Shown here: piece after piece, positions 41,539 to 56,400 of the stretch
Position numbering within the stretch: the first letter of the stretch is position 1
Layout: the number at the start of each line of letters is the position of its first letter
Source of the DNA: Gonapodya sp. JEL0774
Taxonomy: Eukaryota
Length of the DNA: 64,000 nt
Direction of reading: 5' to 3'
NCBI GenBank assembly: GCA_027604505.1
Contig: JADIIX010000010.1
Coordinates: 62,001-126,000, forward strand
The notes under the pieces: generated by a model
Database searches by the model: none
Told to the model about the DNA's origin: nothing
Seen by the model: only the letters and a program-made list of their open reading frames with translations
Program-made: the position numbers and the translations under genes

Positions 41539-44500
41539 TCAGACGATCGTTGGTTGCTTTACACGCTTGAGCATTCGGTCAAATACTTTGTACTGGGCCT
41601 TCTTTGCAACAGTGACACGTTTGTTCAATTCAACGTAAGCCTGACATAAATGAACCCAAAATTGAGCACGGAAACACGAATACGGAAACAAGAGAAACGG
41701 ACCATATTATCTGCACCACTCAAACTTGTCATCGATCCAGAGACCTTCTTGTAGCCCGCGGACGTCCCTCCGCCATATGCATTATCTTCCATGTCCTCGA
41801 CCTTTTCCTCATCTGCAATCTCAGCGGACTGTGATTGGACTTCATAAAGAAGCCCTAATTGGTCCTTTAGAGTCGAAAAGGCGAGATCCGGAGTTGATTC
41901 CATTCCGGCAAGCTTTGTGATTACTTTGAAGCTATATCCCTGATCGATGAGGAATTGTTGGCGCTTCGTGGAGTAATACATCTCCTCTGTGTCAGTAGAT
42001 ACAAGAGTGTAGAAAAACGCATTAAAACCCTCGTCTGAGCGCCGTTTTGCTCTGAGAATACGCCCCAATCGTTGGGCTTCCTGCCGACGAGAGCCAAAAT
42101 GAGACGAGATCTGAATTAGACAAGTGGCCTCTGGGATGTCGAGCGATGTGTCGCCAACTTTCGACAAGAAGATGGTGTTGACGGTCGAACTGTGCTTGAA
42201 CTTTTCGAGCACCTGCAGCCGTTCTTGCGTTGAAGTAGCGCCGTATATATAATATTTCTTGAGCTTGAGGGCGTATTTCTGAATGGAGACAACGGTGTCA
42301 TGGCAAAGCTGAGGGAAGCTAACAAAAACTGGTCACATATCCCACTCACTTGCAACGCATATACATTGTCCGAGAACACGATGATTTTGTCACCCCTCGA
42401 CTCATGATACTGTATCAAGTACTGGCATGCGTGGAATTTTGCAGGATTCATGATGGCGAGAAGACGTCTTTTCCTTTCAGTACGAACAGGGTGATCAGAA
42501 GATAAAAGCTCAAAATTTCGCTTGCATGGGATCTCATGAAGCCTCTCACCTAGATGGTTCATTCAAATAATCACGGTAAAATTGTGGCGTCATTGGACAC
42601 CACACTTCAGCACATTGAACTGTCGCAATGTGCCCCCTTTCCGCCAAATCCATCCAGTTCGCTTCATACAACTTAGGCCCGATCAAGAAATTGAGGTCCT
42701 CGATCTTCTCGTCTTCTCTGACAAGTGTCGCAGTTAATCCGAGCTTGGCGTGTGCACCGACAACTGTGAGAACTTTTCGAAACATGTTGGCCGGCACAAC
42801 ATGGACCTCATCGAGAATAAGCAGACCCCATTCCCGTTCCTGTATGAAGCGCATAATCTTCTCAGCATCATATGCGCGCTTGCCTTGTTTCGCAATCATG
42901 GTGTATGTTGAAATAATGATTCCAGAGTTGCCAACAAACTTTGTCACGGACAAACTCAGAACATGTGGAAACACAGATCCCGAAATTCACGATGACGTAC
43001 TTTTTCTTTGCCCTCAGCGGTGAACTTTCCAATTTGATTCTCATTTACAGAAGTCCATTGTTTAAACTCCCTTGCCCATTGCTCCACACTTACAGCACTC
43101 GTACACAAAACCAAGATACTCTTTTTGACAGTACAGGCGGCTGTGATTCCCACAAGTGTCTTGCCAGCACCGCACGGCAGCACAATGATGCCTGATCGGG
43201 CACGACCATTACCGAACATTTTTGACAGTGACTTTTCTTGATAAGGGCGAATTTGGGTAGTGGCTTTGAGGTCAATATCCAAAGGGGCATTGGAGGTGTC
43301 GTTGCGGAAATCATATTCTTCAAGAAGAGGAAAATCCAGTTGGTTGCAGCGGCGACGGACGTCCTGAACAAGGAACCATTGCGAAAGTATAAAACTAAAG
43401 CCTCAGATCCTATAAACTCATGTTATCACAAACGGGATCGCTCACTTCAACTTTGTGCTTGATGATTTCGAATGAAAAAACTTGGCCTTCCTCTTCCCCT
43501 TCATCGTCTCTCTCAACATCAAAAGCCTCTGCAAGACCATCATCCTGCTTCGGCGGTTGACCATTCTCAACATCATTTGCAATAGCAGCACTCGCAGGTC
43601 CACCTTTCGCAACCGCCCCTGAAGACGGGGCTCTACTCGATGGTTCGAAAGCTTTTCCTTTCGAATCTGTAGCACTTTTCACCCCCGCAATCTGCATGTC
43701 CTTCCCAGACGGTGCTCTTTCAGAAAAAAGTCCCAGAAAATCTTCTCCCGAGCCGCTAGCTCCCTCGGGAACCACTGTGGACTCTTTGATTTCGCCATCC
43801 TTGAGCAGCGTCTGAAGCAGTTCGGTGTAGGCACTCTCCACGAAGTACCGGTTGTGCTTAAGTACAAGTTTGAGTTTTCCATACGATTCAGTGCAATCCT
43901 GAATGTACTTGGTGATCGAGGCTGGGACCGGAATCTTCGAAAGACGATTGAGAACCTCAATGATGGATGCAGTTTCCAAACCCACGGACACCGCCGCATA
44001 GAGACTGTATACGGTAAGTTTGTACTCATGCACGAATGTAGGACTGTGTCATGGTCGCGCGGTACCGTTGTTAGACGTTGCGGTTCAAGAGCAAAATTCA
44101 ATTGGCATCCAGAGTCCTTTCCTGGTTATTACACACAACTAGTGTTCGCATTTCACATTTTGTTGTTGTTGCTGTGAAACTCACCGACTTATTGGTTCTG
44201 CAATGGCAATAAGAAAGTCCTGGGCTTGTCCCGCAACCGGAGAAAACGCCTCCAGAATGATACGACCATCCTCACATACGTAAAGTGGACGGGATGAGTG
44301 GTCTAACTTGAGGGGGAGGTATGTAAAGTCGTCCTTCATGTAGTCCGAACTGGTAGGTGAGCGTGTAGCTGCAGCTATCGTTCAGAGCGGCACGAGACTT
44401 GCCTTACTATCAAAAAGAGTCGATGCAGCGTCCAAGATTGTACCTGCAGGCTTGGGCTCGGTTTGAGGCTCATAGTATTCTTCAGCTGGATGTGTTGAGC

Positions 44501-45035
44501 AACGTTATACCGCCCGGAGGAGAAGGCATATTATTCAGCAGCTATTTGCAAGAGTTCTCAAGAGTCACATTTCGTTGTCCGAATTCGTTCGCGGGGCTTC
44601 TTTGTTTAAGTTTTCGTGCTTTTCTCGACCCCAATCATCGTCCGTTATCACTCGTCCGTTATCCTCCATATCATCTCCATGAAAATCTTCATACGTCTCA
44701 TCACTTTCGTCGTCCACCAAGCAAGAGAGACAACCAAGTAGGAGACACAAGGGACAGAGATGCGAACGCTCACCTTTCGAAGAGGAAGCCTTTGACAACC
44801 TCTTAGACTTCTTCCGCTTCAATTTTCCCGAAGGCTCCTCATAGTCCTCATCGTCATCATCTTCTTCACCTCCTCCACGGTAATCTTGGTACGTTTGGTC
44901 ATTTTCGTCGTCGTAACCATCCTCTGATACAAGACAAAGAACGAAAATGGGTTCGTGGACGAAAAATGAGACAGCAGCAAGTTACTTGTTTCTACTCAAA
45001 GCAACAAGCTTACTGGAACTGCCTTTTCGTTTCAT
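41539..45035 (-). CDS. SSL2: TFIIH DNA helicase/translocase XPB, spliced
   Basis: [38 protein letters not shown], Walker A GAGKT, DEVH, RED motif, [17 protein letters not shown]. Confidence 0.98.
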
Positions 45036-45344
45036 GGCGAACTGTTGGGTCTTCGCAAGTTTCGCAACCACATATGTATTTTCTCGGGCCCAGTGAGGAT
45101 TCCCGGGCCATGTCTTTCTTTACATTCAAATCCACATCCTCCACTCTTCAACCTCGCGACCCCCGTCATTGTTTTCCACTCCCTCCCCGGCCAATATTGA
45201 GACCGATCAGCGCTCCTTATCATTTCTCCCAGAAAGCGAATTTGCACGCAAAGCTTTCGACAAGTAATTTTATCTCAATCGAAGGGGGAAAATTCACGAC
45301 GGGATATTCTAAACTAAATTCTCGGAAAGCATGAACATTCCTCA

Positions 45345-46434
45345 TCACCTCTTCGCTACGGCGGCATCGAGTATTTCCAAGAACCACGTCGCGGCTGCGA
45401 CAGCAGCAGCAGCTTCAACAATGATGTTGAGAACTGGTATAGCGGATGCAATGGACTCCGGACAGTCGAACACGCGGTACTCTCCAGGAGTTGGTTGAGG
45501 GAACGTTGCGATGTCAAGGAAGCGGAGGTAAGGTGACGGCGGATGGACGATGCGATGAAGAGCTGTGTTGGGTGGCATGGCATTGATGGGGAATACCGAT
45601 TTTGGGGGTCGATATTGTTTCAGATACTTTTTGTGCAGTTGAGATGCGGGTGACTGAAGTGGCGGAGTTGTGAATGCAATCACTAAGGCACCAAGAAAGG
45701 GAATCGTAGTAAGAATGAGGAGGAAAAGCTTGGGAGGTGTAGGAGGTAATTTAAAGTTGCAAGCCGATGCTCGCGTTGGAATATGAAAACTACCTTCACC
45801 GCTCACTCACCCTCATTACTTTACCCCAAGCCCAACGCCTCATCCTAGCATCCATTGCGGCGAGCCAAGAACTCGGATTTTCTCTCATCTCGGGGTACGC
45901 TGCCCGACTCACGTCGTCTTGTTCCTTTCTTTGAGCATCAGAGTCCATCCGAACGTGCCGTTTACTCATTTCAAGCCGTTGTGCGTCGTTTTCGGTTTGG
46001 ACTGGCCGAGTCTTGTTTTCCTGGTGCTGCATTAATAAAGAGTGGGATGACGTGTCCTTCACGGTTGTGTCCTCCGCCGACCAGTTCCAATCACTATGTG
46101 CTTCTCTCATTCGAATACCATCATTTACCGTGGACTCAAATATCTCCCACCTGATTCTCGCGATCCATCCTCGCTTTGCACCCCAATATGAGAGCGGGAA
46201 GAGAGATGCAGCGAGTGACACCAATAGTCTAATTACGCTGAACGAAGGTGCAGATGTAACTCGAGACGGAGTAAAAATGAGATAAACGAGTGCTATTGGT
46301 GTGTAAAAGAGCTTGGAAACATGGGCAGAGAGTATCGCAGGCTGAAGAAACCACTTCAGAGGAGAGACGGCGTAAGCGAAAGCGGAGGCAAGAATTGCAA
46401 CGAGACTATCTAAGTTGATGCTCAAAATTGTCAT
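45345..46434 (-). CDS. Multi-pass membrane protein, possibly EI24/Rrt8-Lds-like; 2 exons
   Basis: ORFs 45796-46434 and 45345-45806 join through a GTGAGT...CCCAAG intron. Several hydrophobic helices; IPFLG...LHKKYL and IPVLNII...VAAATW resemble EI24-domain C-terminal motifs. Confidence 0.5.
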
Positions 46435-46828
46435 CGTGTTAGCGAGTGGCAGACTAGAGGGAGGAATTCAGACTTTGGTGTGCGGTTGTATTTCTGGAAT
46501 GACCACGCTTTTATGGCACCCCATGTCCGCAGGCTGAGGCCCTCACTGGTGCCTGGGTGACGAACTCCACCCACCTTCACGTGAAAGTGAGCCTCTGTTT
46601 TGCCTTCCATCCGCATGTGGGGTTCGTCATCTCAAGACTTCTTGTGGCAATTTCGTGCCACTTTCAGTAGCGACCAGAAGAGTGTTGTATTGGTTTTAGC
46701 TGAGCGTGTCGGCCTCCATTGTTTCTAATATGATGCAAGAAGAAGAGGCTATATGTGTTTACAGTGGACCTCCAACCCAGGAAGGGAAATGAGCAAAAGA
46801 AAGCCTGCCCTCTTCCCTACTCTCCAAC

Positions 46829-49800
46829 TCAGTCCAAACTCAAACTGGTGCTATCATCCGTCTCCCACCCGTCTCCCTCGCTCTCTCCTGGGGATCTCCA
46901 TTCTCCTGGCATGCCGCCAGGAACCACTAGTGACGGACCCGCGACCCCTGCGGAAACTGCCTGTGCTGTCCCAGTCCCTACTATACTACTTCTAGCCGCC
47001 GCCGCGACTGCAGCAAACACCTGTCCTGGAAAATTCCACGCTCCAGCTCCATATGGTTCGTCCTCATCATCGTCCACCCATGATCCTTCTTCGTGGTCAT
47101 CATCATCATCATCGTCGTCGTCAAAATCGTCATCTGAATCTGAGTCGTGGTCGTGGTAGTCCTCTTCATCTTCCTCTGAACAGTGATAGCCGTGTATGGC
47201 GTTCACGAACCCGCAATGCGCTCGGTAAGTGATCTTGCTGAACCTTCACTCGCACGATCCCACTGTTATTTACTCACCTTCAATTCCCCTAGGATCCGAC
47301 ACTAAGTCCCACATGTCTGATGCAAGGCAATCACCCATCAGGATCAATGGGGTGGCTGTTGGAAAAGCCACATCTAAATATCCACTTGCACATCGCACTC
47401 ACCGGTCCCCTCCCCATCCCACATCAGTGGTCTCCGGCTACCCCCCCGAAATCTCTTGCGTAACTGATCCAAAACTCTTCTGCTTAAATCTAACACGTCC
47501 TCATTCTCCCCCCAGCCCAGATAAGTCAGTCTTTTGTGCTTAAGTGCCGCAATGAAGGCCGATTGCTGCACTCTCTCCAAATCTCCATTGTGCTTTTCTG
47601 ACGATGTCGCGGTGATATCCAAACTGATGAGTCCCCTCAATCCGTCGAGCAGAGCAGTCAGGGAGTCGGTCGTAAGGAACGAGACGTCAACGAGAGACAG
47701 CACCGTGATAGACGGACAGTGCACTGGGATTTGGGATACGGAAGCCGATGTGAGGGAGGAGCAGTTGGTCAGGTCCAGTTTCAGAAGGTTAGAGGTGGAC
47801 GAGATGATCCTAAGAAAGAGTTCATCCGTGAGGGATTCATGGCCGGCAAGGCTGGAGCAGACATAACATAAGAGGTGTGGGACGATGAAGGAAGCCCGCG
47901 GGTGGGCCGCCAGCCAGTGAACGATGTAACAGATAGTTACGTAACAGCATCGATGTCATGAGTAGCAATCACGCGGCTCAAACAACGTTCCAACTCACCT
48001 CAGATGCGTTAAACCAACCAACATGCAAACTTCCTCCAAATACTCGTCCCCACCGACCCTAAAACCACCCCCATGCCTGCCCTGTCCACCAGTACCTGGG
48101 GCTTCAACATCAAGCGTCCTGAGCTGATGGCCTCTCTTGGCCAGCATTTCGAACGTCTTTCTCTCAAACACGACACTTGTTTCTGCGAGGCAAACCCACA
48201 CGAGACTGGTGCATAGTTCCAAGATCTGATGTACAACATCCGAGGGGAGAGGGAGGCCTCGGGGGAAGGAGATATGGGTTATGGACTGCACGTGAAGCAG
48301 TTCTGGTAAGCGACGGAAGAAGCGTAAGAGAAGCGTTGGCGGGGGGGAATGTTTGGGAGGACGTGGAGGTGGAGGTGGAAGATCGATATATAACCGCTTG
48401 ACTGGGCGGCGGGGGAGAGGTATAAGAGAGGGGGAGCGCGACGCCTCTACAAGACAATGTGGGGGAGCATGAATACCATCTCCTTGGCGAATGCACAAAG
48501 AACGAAGCGCGGATGTCGTATCACGCACGGCACCCTCTTGACAATTCCCTTTTTCCGCTGATTGTCCGCGAGCACAATTGCGCTCCTCACTTGTGTTGCG
48601 TTCCTTTCCATGAGGTGCTGAGGACGACAACCTCTACTTACCTGGAAATGTGGTGGGAAACCGTTTTGCAGGAGGCTTTGATGAGTCTTCGGGATCGGGT
48701 TCGAACCAGAATGTTGGTACGATCGGATCGGAATCCATGTCATCGGAGGAATTACGGTGGACGACCGTCACGGAGACAGATGTCGGAGAAGAGGAATGAA
48801 CGTCACTGGGAACAAAAGACGATGCGGAAGCAACATCGCGGTCACGCTTGGGAGGGGAAAAGTTTTGGTCAGTTTTACGTGAGAGCCAAGGTTCCCGAAT
48901 AGATCAGTGTGTGGAGCAGTTCAGGTCGCTTCCACCTCTTAATTTGATGTGGAAGGCGAAGGTCACGAAAAGAAAGGTGTTCGGGGCACTTAGGCGGCTC
49001 CACTTCCCACATGTTGGAATTTCATCGCCATTTGCAGATTTTGACTTCCATATAGTTTGTGCCCGTCACGCCTGTAACGTGAAAGTTCGCGCCCATCCGA
49101 AATGCCCGCAAACGAGACCTCGTTGATGACATTGTGGCTTGCGGAACTCACCCTCTTGCCGGGAGACATCCAAGCCATCGCCCCAATCCCACCACCTCTC
49201 TGATCACTCGAGTGTGCTTCGAGGTGCCCTCCAGTGCCGCTCCGGAAAGTGTATCCTCCTAATCCGGACGATCCACCTCCAGCGGGACCTCGGGTCACCG
49301 ACGTGGACATGTGAGAGTGCAGATATCCACAGTGACCGAAAACCGGTGCTCTGAGTCTCGACTCCCTATCTTCCAGAACAGGCACATCTCTTGGTGCGAC
49401 CCGTGATCCTGCAGCTTCGGCTTCAAGGATAGCTAAAACCCAGCCCAGCTCGCGGACGTGTAGAATGTGCAGGTCGTGCCATATGAGGTAGGAGGCAGGA
49501 GTGGACCAGGCGGAGTGGACGAGGGCACAAGAGAGAAGTGTAGACTGAGGACGAAACAGTGAGGGTGAGCCCAGCCGACAAACCAAAGAGAGCAGAGTTG
49601 ATTGCACTCATATTCTGCGGAAGAGCAACTGACAGTGTCAAGATATGAGAATATGCAGGTCAGGATCTCCGACGGGAGACAGACAGCACGATGTGCGAGG
49701 CTTAGTTCACGGTTGACGGCTTCGAGAGCACATGTGAGGGCGGCCGAGCTACAGCAGGGTGAAGCATTTCAAGACCAAGCCGGTAAGAGGTTGGCCATAA

Positions 49801-49856
49801 CGATCATCCTCTCGTTTTGCGGAAGTTCTTCCTCACGATCGCGACATCTTGTCCAT
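46829..49856 (-). CDS. F-box/LRR (RNI-like) protein with an acidic C-terminal tract, spliced; 5' end uncertain
   Basis: F-box LPSEILTCIFSYLDT|STLLSCALVHSAW...LIWHDL; LRR CTSLVWVCL, CPSITVLSL and LISLDI; Asp-rich tail. Confidence 0.8.
47093..47172 (-). repeat. Imperfect GAT/GAC trinucleotide tract encoding poly-Asp/Glu
   Basis: TCA/TCG repeats on the + strand encode EDEEDYHDHDSDSDDDFDDDDDDDDDHE on the - strand. Confidence 0.8.
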
Positions 49857-50354
49857 CGCTTGTATGTGAATCTGATTTTCTCTGTTTTAGTAACTCACGT
49901 CGCCGTTTCTACGCCGTCGTCACCGTCCCGGATATCGGCAAAAGCCTCTCTGAATAGACGCAGGAGCTGCGAGCGTGGAATCATTGAGTTCCGTGTTAAC
50001 CGGTACTTATCCAAATCAATACGATGCGTGTGGATTGATGAGAGTAATTTGATTTCCGATATTATACTTTTCGGTCCAAAGCATGCTATGTTATTCTATC
50101 TATGTATGTTGAAAGAACATTTGATTGAAAAACTCGAAATGGTTTATGTATAAGGGAAAGAACAGGGTTATCTCTTTGTCAACAGCAGTCATGTGCTAAA
50201 GAGACCCCCTACACTATTTCCACTCGAATCAGTAAGTTCTAACACATAAGCAATGTATCGAGGTCTGTGCTCCTCAGAAGTCCGAAAGAATAATGAGTGG
50301 GTGCAATCATTCGAAGATCAGAACGCATCCGGCTAGTCAGCATGCACAACACGG

Positions 50355-52938
50355 CTATTGGTAGGCTCCATTTGGGTCATCATCCTTTCTTTCGCCAGCT
50401 TTCTTCCTCCCTTCTACCGCCTCTGCTGCCGCCCTTGCCGCCGCAAGTGCCCCTCCTGCCTTCCTACTTTGCTTCCTCGCCACTGTACTAGCCCTTCGTG
50501 CAGTGCTAGCCCTTCGAACCATACCAGCAACAGCTGGTCCGTCACTGTTGGGGTTTCCTTTCCGACCCTTTCGCCAAGGTGCTATTTTGCTTCCCCATAC
50601 GCCTTCACGGAACCATGGGGCAACAATCAGGTTCAGAACGGCAGGGAAAGACTCTGCAATGACCGGAGCAAAGGGAACCACTCTGAGAGCGATAAATAAA
50701 GGAGCGAACTAAGTTTCTCTGCTTTCCTCGCACTGTCCCAGAACTTAAACTCACTCTCCATCGACGTCCAAGACTCCAGAGCATTTTCCTCGCACAATGT
50801 CCCGTTTGTACTCATTTATATCCGCTTCACCCTGTCCTTCAGCTCCCTCCGGAATCAACGCATAGGCGACGACCTTTTCCTCGGCCACCCAGGGGCGTGT
50901 CACTATACCAGCCTCGCTGTCCAAGAAGGCGCTGAGAAGCGCTTTGGAAGAACGTTGACCAGTGTAGTTGAGAGTAATAAGTCCATCCGAGAGGCGAGCG
51001 GCGGGGGCACCATAAATCTTGGTGTCAATCCACGGGACATTGAGCGCTTTGAGGTGAATTTAGGACACAACAGCGAAAGAGTGAAATTATCAGATTGCAT
51101 CGCAGGCAGAAGTTCCTTTTCAAAATTTTATGAGCAGCTCACCGGTGAAATACGTGATCTCTTCCACTGGCTCTTTCTCCCATCCCTGAGCGGTTCCTGC
51201 TTCTAAAGTCTCCAACGAGATGTCCCCAAACTTCGACGCCAAGGGATCTGATCCCTGTGGCCTTGTGGCCCTAGTAGTCCCATGGTACGTGTAGAGTTTG
51301 AGACGGTACACACGTGGAGACATAATGTGCGTGAGTGCAGACATCGAAGTGCGCAGCTGCCCGAGGTTGCGATATCTCTCGGATTCGATATCAATGTCAG
51401 CGGGGAGTCCTGAGATATCATTCCCACAATCATGGATTCAGGTTCACCCGTAAAATGAGCGTGCAGGTGGGGTGAAAGAGCACATTGGGATTCGTTCGGT
51501 CGGTATTTATAAACCATTGTTAGGAGAACGAGAGAGCGGACTTATACACGGAAGACTTACCATGATAGAGCCCCAAGTGAGAGAAACTGCGTTTGTCACC
51601 GGATTTGAACTTTTGGGTTACAGAAATTACATCGAGAGGATTTGTACGTCCTGCAAGTTAAATCAAGATCTCGACAAAAGACCTCCGATTGATGTGAAGA
51701 AATAGAGCTTACCTCTAATTGCTGTCAAGAGAGCCCACTCAAGAGGCACAGCATCCACGTTCTTGGACAGTGCGTTCCCAGTCCCGGCGGGGATCATGCC
51801 TACCGGGATTTCCCTCGGTGTAATCTCGGCCTCGAACCCGTCATTTCCAACTACAGGATATGCGGTGTCACGGTCCGGCCGGTTGAGGAGGCCGTTGATC
51901 ATTTCATGGAAGAGCCCGTCACCTGAGACAGTGAGAAGCCGGGAGTATTTCGCAATATCTGGAAGACTGGCGACTATTTCCGACACATGTTTGGGATACT
52001 CCGACGCTGAGTTATTAGTTGGGGAAGTGGTGAGAGGGAAGTTAACCCGCACCGTGAATCTTGATATCATGGTTGGCAACATCAACTCAGAGGCGAAACA
52101 ACTCACTTCGATGGTCGAGCGAGTATCCGGCAAGGCTCATCATGGGCTTGACATAAGATTCATATATCTTGACTGCCTTCTGCTTGCCTCCAAAAGGGTT
52201 CAAAAAGACGAGCGCCTTGCGGGCCTTATCCACAGCCACTCGCTTGCTTGGGTCCCTTCTCTCGCCAATCTCTATGATATCCTGCAAATCCTCAACCCAC
52301 TGAAGAGCTTCATCGGGGGTGACAGCGCGGAATGCCAAGTAGTTGAGTGCCGGCTGCTTCTGATTGTCGGAGTCGGTGAGGTTCAGAGTATGGATGAAGA
52401 ATACATCACATGGTCTAAAGTTGCCCGGCAGCTGCGATCCTTCAAGAACTCTAGTGAGCCGTTTCGCAGAGTCAGTTGAAGGGTAGGAGATAGAAGAGGC
52501 TTTTGTGGCGATATCAAGCCAATCTGGGTTTGCGAGTGTGACCGCATAGACTGTGAAAATTGGAATGTGGACAGGAAGAGGAGGCGGTGTAAACCGAGCT
52601 TCGACAGTCTGGATCGCGCGGAACATGATGTTTTCGTCACTGCATGCCAGGTGGACGATTCCAGATCCATCATGGCCAGCACCCAGTGATGTCCGCGAGG
52701 CAGAGTTGTACGATCCCGGCAGGCGAATTGAACCCGAAGAAGTCCCCTGTCGAGACAGTTTTCCCGGGGCGGAAACCTTCTTGGTCGGAAACAAGGCAAA
52801 ATGCTGCTGGAGTAGTTCCTTCGATTGGGCGTCAGAGAACCCGCATCCTAAAAACTCGACGTTCCCGGAGACGACGGCATTCGGGAAGAATTCGGTGTGA
52901 GCATCCAGACGCGGGGTCTCGCCTACAACGGCGTCCAT
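50355..52938 (-). CDS. Sphingosine/long-chain-base kinase (DAGK catalytic domain, LCB4/5-like), spliced
   Basis: ALVFLNPFGGKQKA, SGDGLFHEMINGL, IPAGTGNAL, SIDGE. Confidence 0.92.
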
Positions 52939-53407
52939 ATCGAACGATGTGTTGGGGCACTAGTTCCTGTGCCAAGTCACACCGTTTTGTGGCGTAAATT
53001 CTCCCCTCCACGAGCAAGTTGGGCCCGACTCATCTGTTTACATACTCACTCACGAGCCACGGTCGAGCGTTTTGTGAAAACACACAGCTGATGGCACTGC
53101 GAGAATCTTGGTGATGGATCAGAAACAAGAACAACAGACAGCAGTTATCCACGAGCATCACATAATCTTTGTGGACTAGGCAACATCAATTTTTCTCGTC
53201 TCAGTATTGTTGTTTACATTTTAGTTCAACTGGTATGACAGTGTCGCCGTGTTCGTCGGCACTCACTCATTTTCATGCTCATGACCAGCTGATAAACGGC
53301 GCGTCTGAGATTGGTACCTCGAGAAACGATAACTGAAGTGGAGGTGGTCAGGAAATCAATTAAATTTGTGACTGAAAGAGTTTGGAACGGATTGGAGGAG
53401 TCGTCCA

Positions 53408-56400
53408 ATGTTCCTGGAACACATCAGCCAACTGGGACTATTACAGCACGACCCCAGTAAGTTTCCATCATAACGAGCCGGGACGGTGGAACCAATGCTT
53501 GTGTGTGCTAAAAACGGCGAACTTTGCTGCCATCGGTGCAATGATATCGTTGAATGAACACCTATTGATTCAATTCGAATGATTTGCCCGACAAATCCAC
53601 TCGGCCGTCTGGAATCAATCTCAATTTGTGGTCGTGCTTCTTGATCCTCTGGCCCCTATTCTCCCTAGCTTCCTCCATTCTCGTGCATTTCCCACTTGAT
53701 GTTCGCCGAACTATCGTCCGGTCGGTCGCGGAGACTCTTCTTGCACCACCCCCTTCTCCGGGGGCACCCTCCGGTGGTCTTCCCACCTCCGCCGCATGGC
53801 TGACCTCTCCTTCCCACGTTCGGTGGTGTTTGGAGGTTCTGGGCCAGGGGATGCAGCTCCCAATCTCTCCCAGTGATATCGAATTGATGAGCCTCTGCGT
53901 GAATGTGTACTCAGGCTGGCTTCTTCAACATGACCACAGACCATTAGCAATGCGCTCGTTAGCCCGACCGCAGAGTACCAGTTTAGCGGCATCATCAACG
54001 CCCACGGGAACTGCCCCAAGTGTGCCTTGGTACACATCCGGGAACTCCGACCCCTCTCACGATCCTACCCGCCAGTACTTCCTTCAATCAATCTACAAGC
54101 ACCTCTCGCTTGTTTTTCAACCCAGAAACTACTCAGGGGACACCCCTCCACCACAGCCCATTCCACCAATCCCTTCATCTCTTCCCACCTCCAGCGAAGG
54201 AAAGTCTGCCTTTCCCGGTACTGCATATATTCCGAGCAGTCCATATGGTGGAATGGCATTCGGTCTTGCCATGGCTGCCGCTCCTTTTGTACCGGCGCTC
54301 ATGTCCATTCCTGCCACACCATCGACCCCTCATCATCCTTCAACCGATTCCCCGGCAATACTCTCCCCCGCGATGGACTCGCAAATCCACCTACATCCGC
54401 ATCAGCCTACGGCAACTTCCCGATCTAAGGATCTCCACCGTTCCACTGCAGCCACAGGCTCCCAAGCCTCACTCGGACCTCGCTCGTCTTCCATAGAGAC
54501 AGGTGTCGTTGGTCTTCCTGATCTCCCCACATCCCAGAACCCTCCATCGCATTCCACGTCTGATTCCACTACCACAAAAAGACGGACATGGGCCGGGATT
54601 GCCTTCCCCGGATCATCCTCGGTATCCGCAGGGGGGGGCGCCACTCAAGGCTTGGGATCCAATTTGCCAACCATGATCAGTGGTGCAAGTACTTCCCAGC
54701 AACCTATGCCGCATGCAGCTTCTTCTGCACAGGGAAGTGGTGCTGGTGGTTCCACGGGATTGGCAGTGATGATCGCCGGTGCTGCTGCCGGCATCCCAGG
54801 CAGTGCGCCTGGCACCATCTCCATCGCCCACGTGGCACACCATGGAGATCGAGATCGAGATCGCGCAGAAAGGGACCGACCTGTCATAATTCCTCCGGGA
54901 TCGGTCGTTGTGTCCGCCGAGGAACATGCGGAAGCCACTCGAAAACACATTGAACTGTGCCGAGCAGTGTTGGGAGTGTGGAGTGTTTGTGGGAAGCAAT
55001 TGGCTGGAGAGATGGGACAAGAGTGAGTGACTGCTTCTTCTAGTGACCGGTGTCAGGTTTATTCGAAGCTCACGGACAGCTTGCACACGGGGAATGTTGC
55101 TGCAGAACATGGTTGGTACTCCTAAAAGTAATGCTTGGTGTCGCAGACAGCCTGCTCGCAGCGCCCCGCGCCAGAGATAGTGGCAATATCGCCGGGATTA
55201 TGGCAGACGAACTGGGGTCGACAGTACTTGCGGTGAATTTGTGTTCCAATATCTCCGTTTGGCAATCGTGACTCGTTTGAGCTCGTTTGCAGGTCCTCTT
55301 TGATCTCATGCTTCGCTCACGACTCCGGCACCCTCCCATTTGGGACACTTTGCGAGCCTACTTCCGGAGATGGACTCATCGTGTTGAAGCGGTGGTGCAA
55401 TGGGCTGAGACTGCGGCCGTTGTAACGGAGAAGGTTGTCGGAGGGCTGTACGGTGGAGTGTGAGTTGGGGGAAGAGAAGCCTCACTCGGGATCTTCCAAC
55501 TTTAGTGGCCATTGGCTAGCAGGTCCCCTCATGACGACGCGGAGGAATTTGGATACTATGCGTGGCACAGAATGACATGTTAGCGAATCGCATTTTAATT
55601 GGGGAACGTTGCCTACTCTCACACATCACTGCAACTCTTAAACAGATGTAATCTCTGATCCAAATCTTCAGACCCCAGAAAACTTTGAAGTTGCGATCCG
55701 AGTGAGCTCTTTAGTCTCCTGAAGGGAATCAGGCTCTGGCACGTCTGAACGCTTCTTTACCGCACCGCAACAGGGTCTTTCTCGGCTGGTGGACATTTAC
55801 CATTCGGTTTCGAATCCTGATGACGCGCCATTAGACCGGGCGACTTCAAAGATACCAACGTGTCCTGATGGTAATACACTGTTGGGAATGTTTGGGGCAT
55901 GGTTGTTCAAGGCGGCAAGGAGAGAGGAACCAGAGTAAGTGACCGACATTGACATAATGAACATGTTTCTTCGCAATTGTACTTGCTCTTTGTCGATGTC
56001 GATGTGGTAACCTTCTATCTATTTAATAGATATGAGGCAGGTCGTGCAGACGCTCTCGCGATCCTTTGCCGAATATTCTGTCGACCTCAACGCCGGGCCC
56101 CATTTCTCCGTGTGCATCTAGAACTCTTTTACTCGGCTATTTCAGCCGGACTCAGAGGTGGTCCACTTGTGCTCACTGCCGTACTTGTGAACGCGAAGGA
56201 CTTTTTTGCGAGGGATCTTGAGGGAGGACGACTGCTAGTTCCGGACTTTGTACTCGCTGTGAGGAGGGTTGTACCGAGAGTGAGTTTCAAAGTATGTGAA
56301 CAATCCTATTTTTGTTCTTACTCTCGTTATTGGTGGATTGCCCATTTCATACCTAGACCCCACCAGACTTCCATTCAAATGTCTCGAATTCTGAGCTTCG

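Noticed and set aside
49760..49780. In-frame TGA upstream of the second F-box motif as possible selenocysteine or readthrough
   Set aside because: A TGTAG acceptor lies just downstream, so the TGA is more simply intronic. There is no redox motif context.
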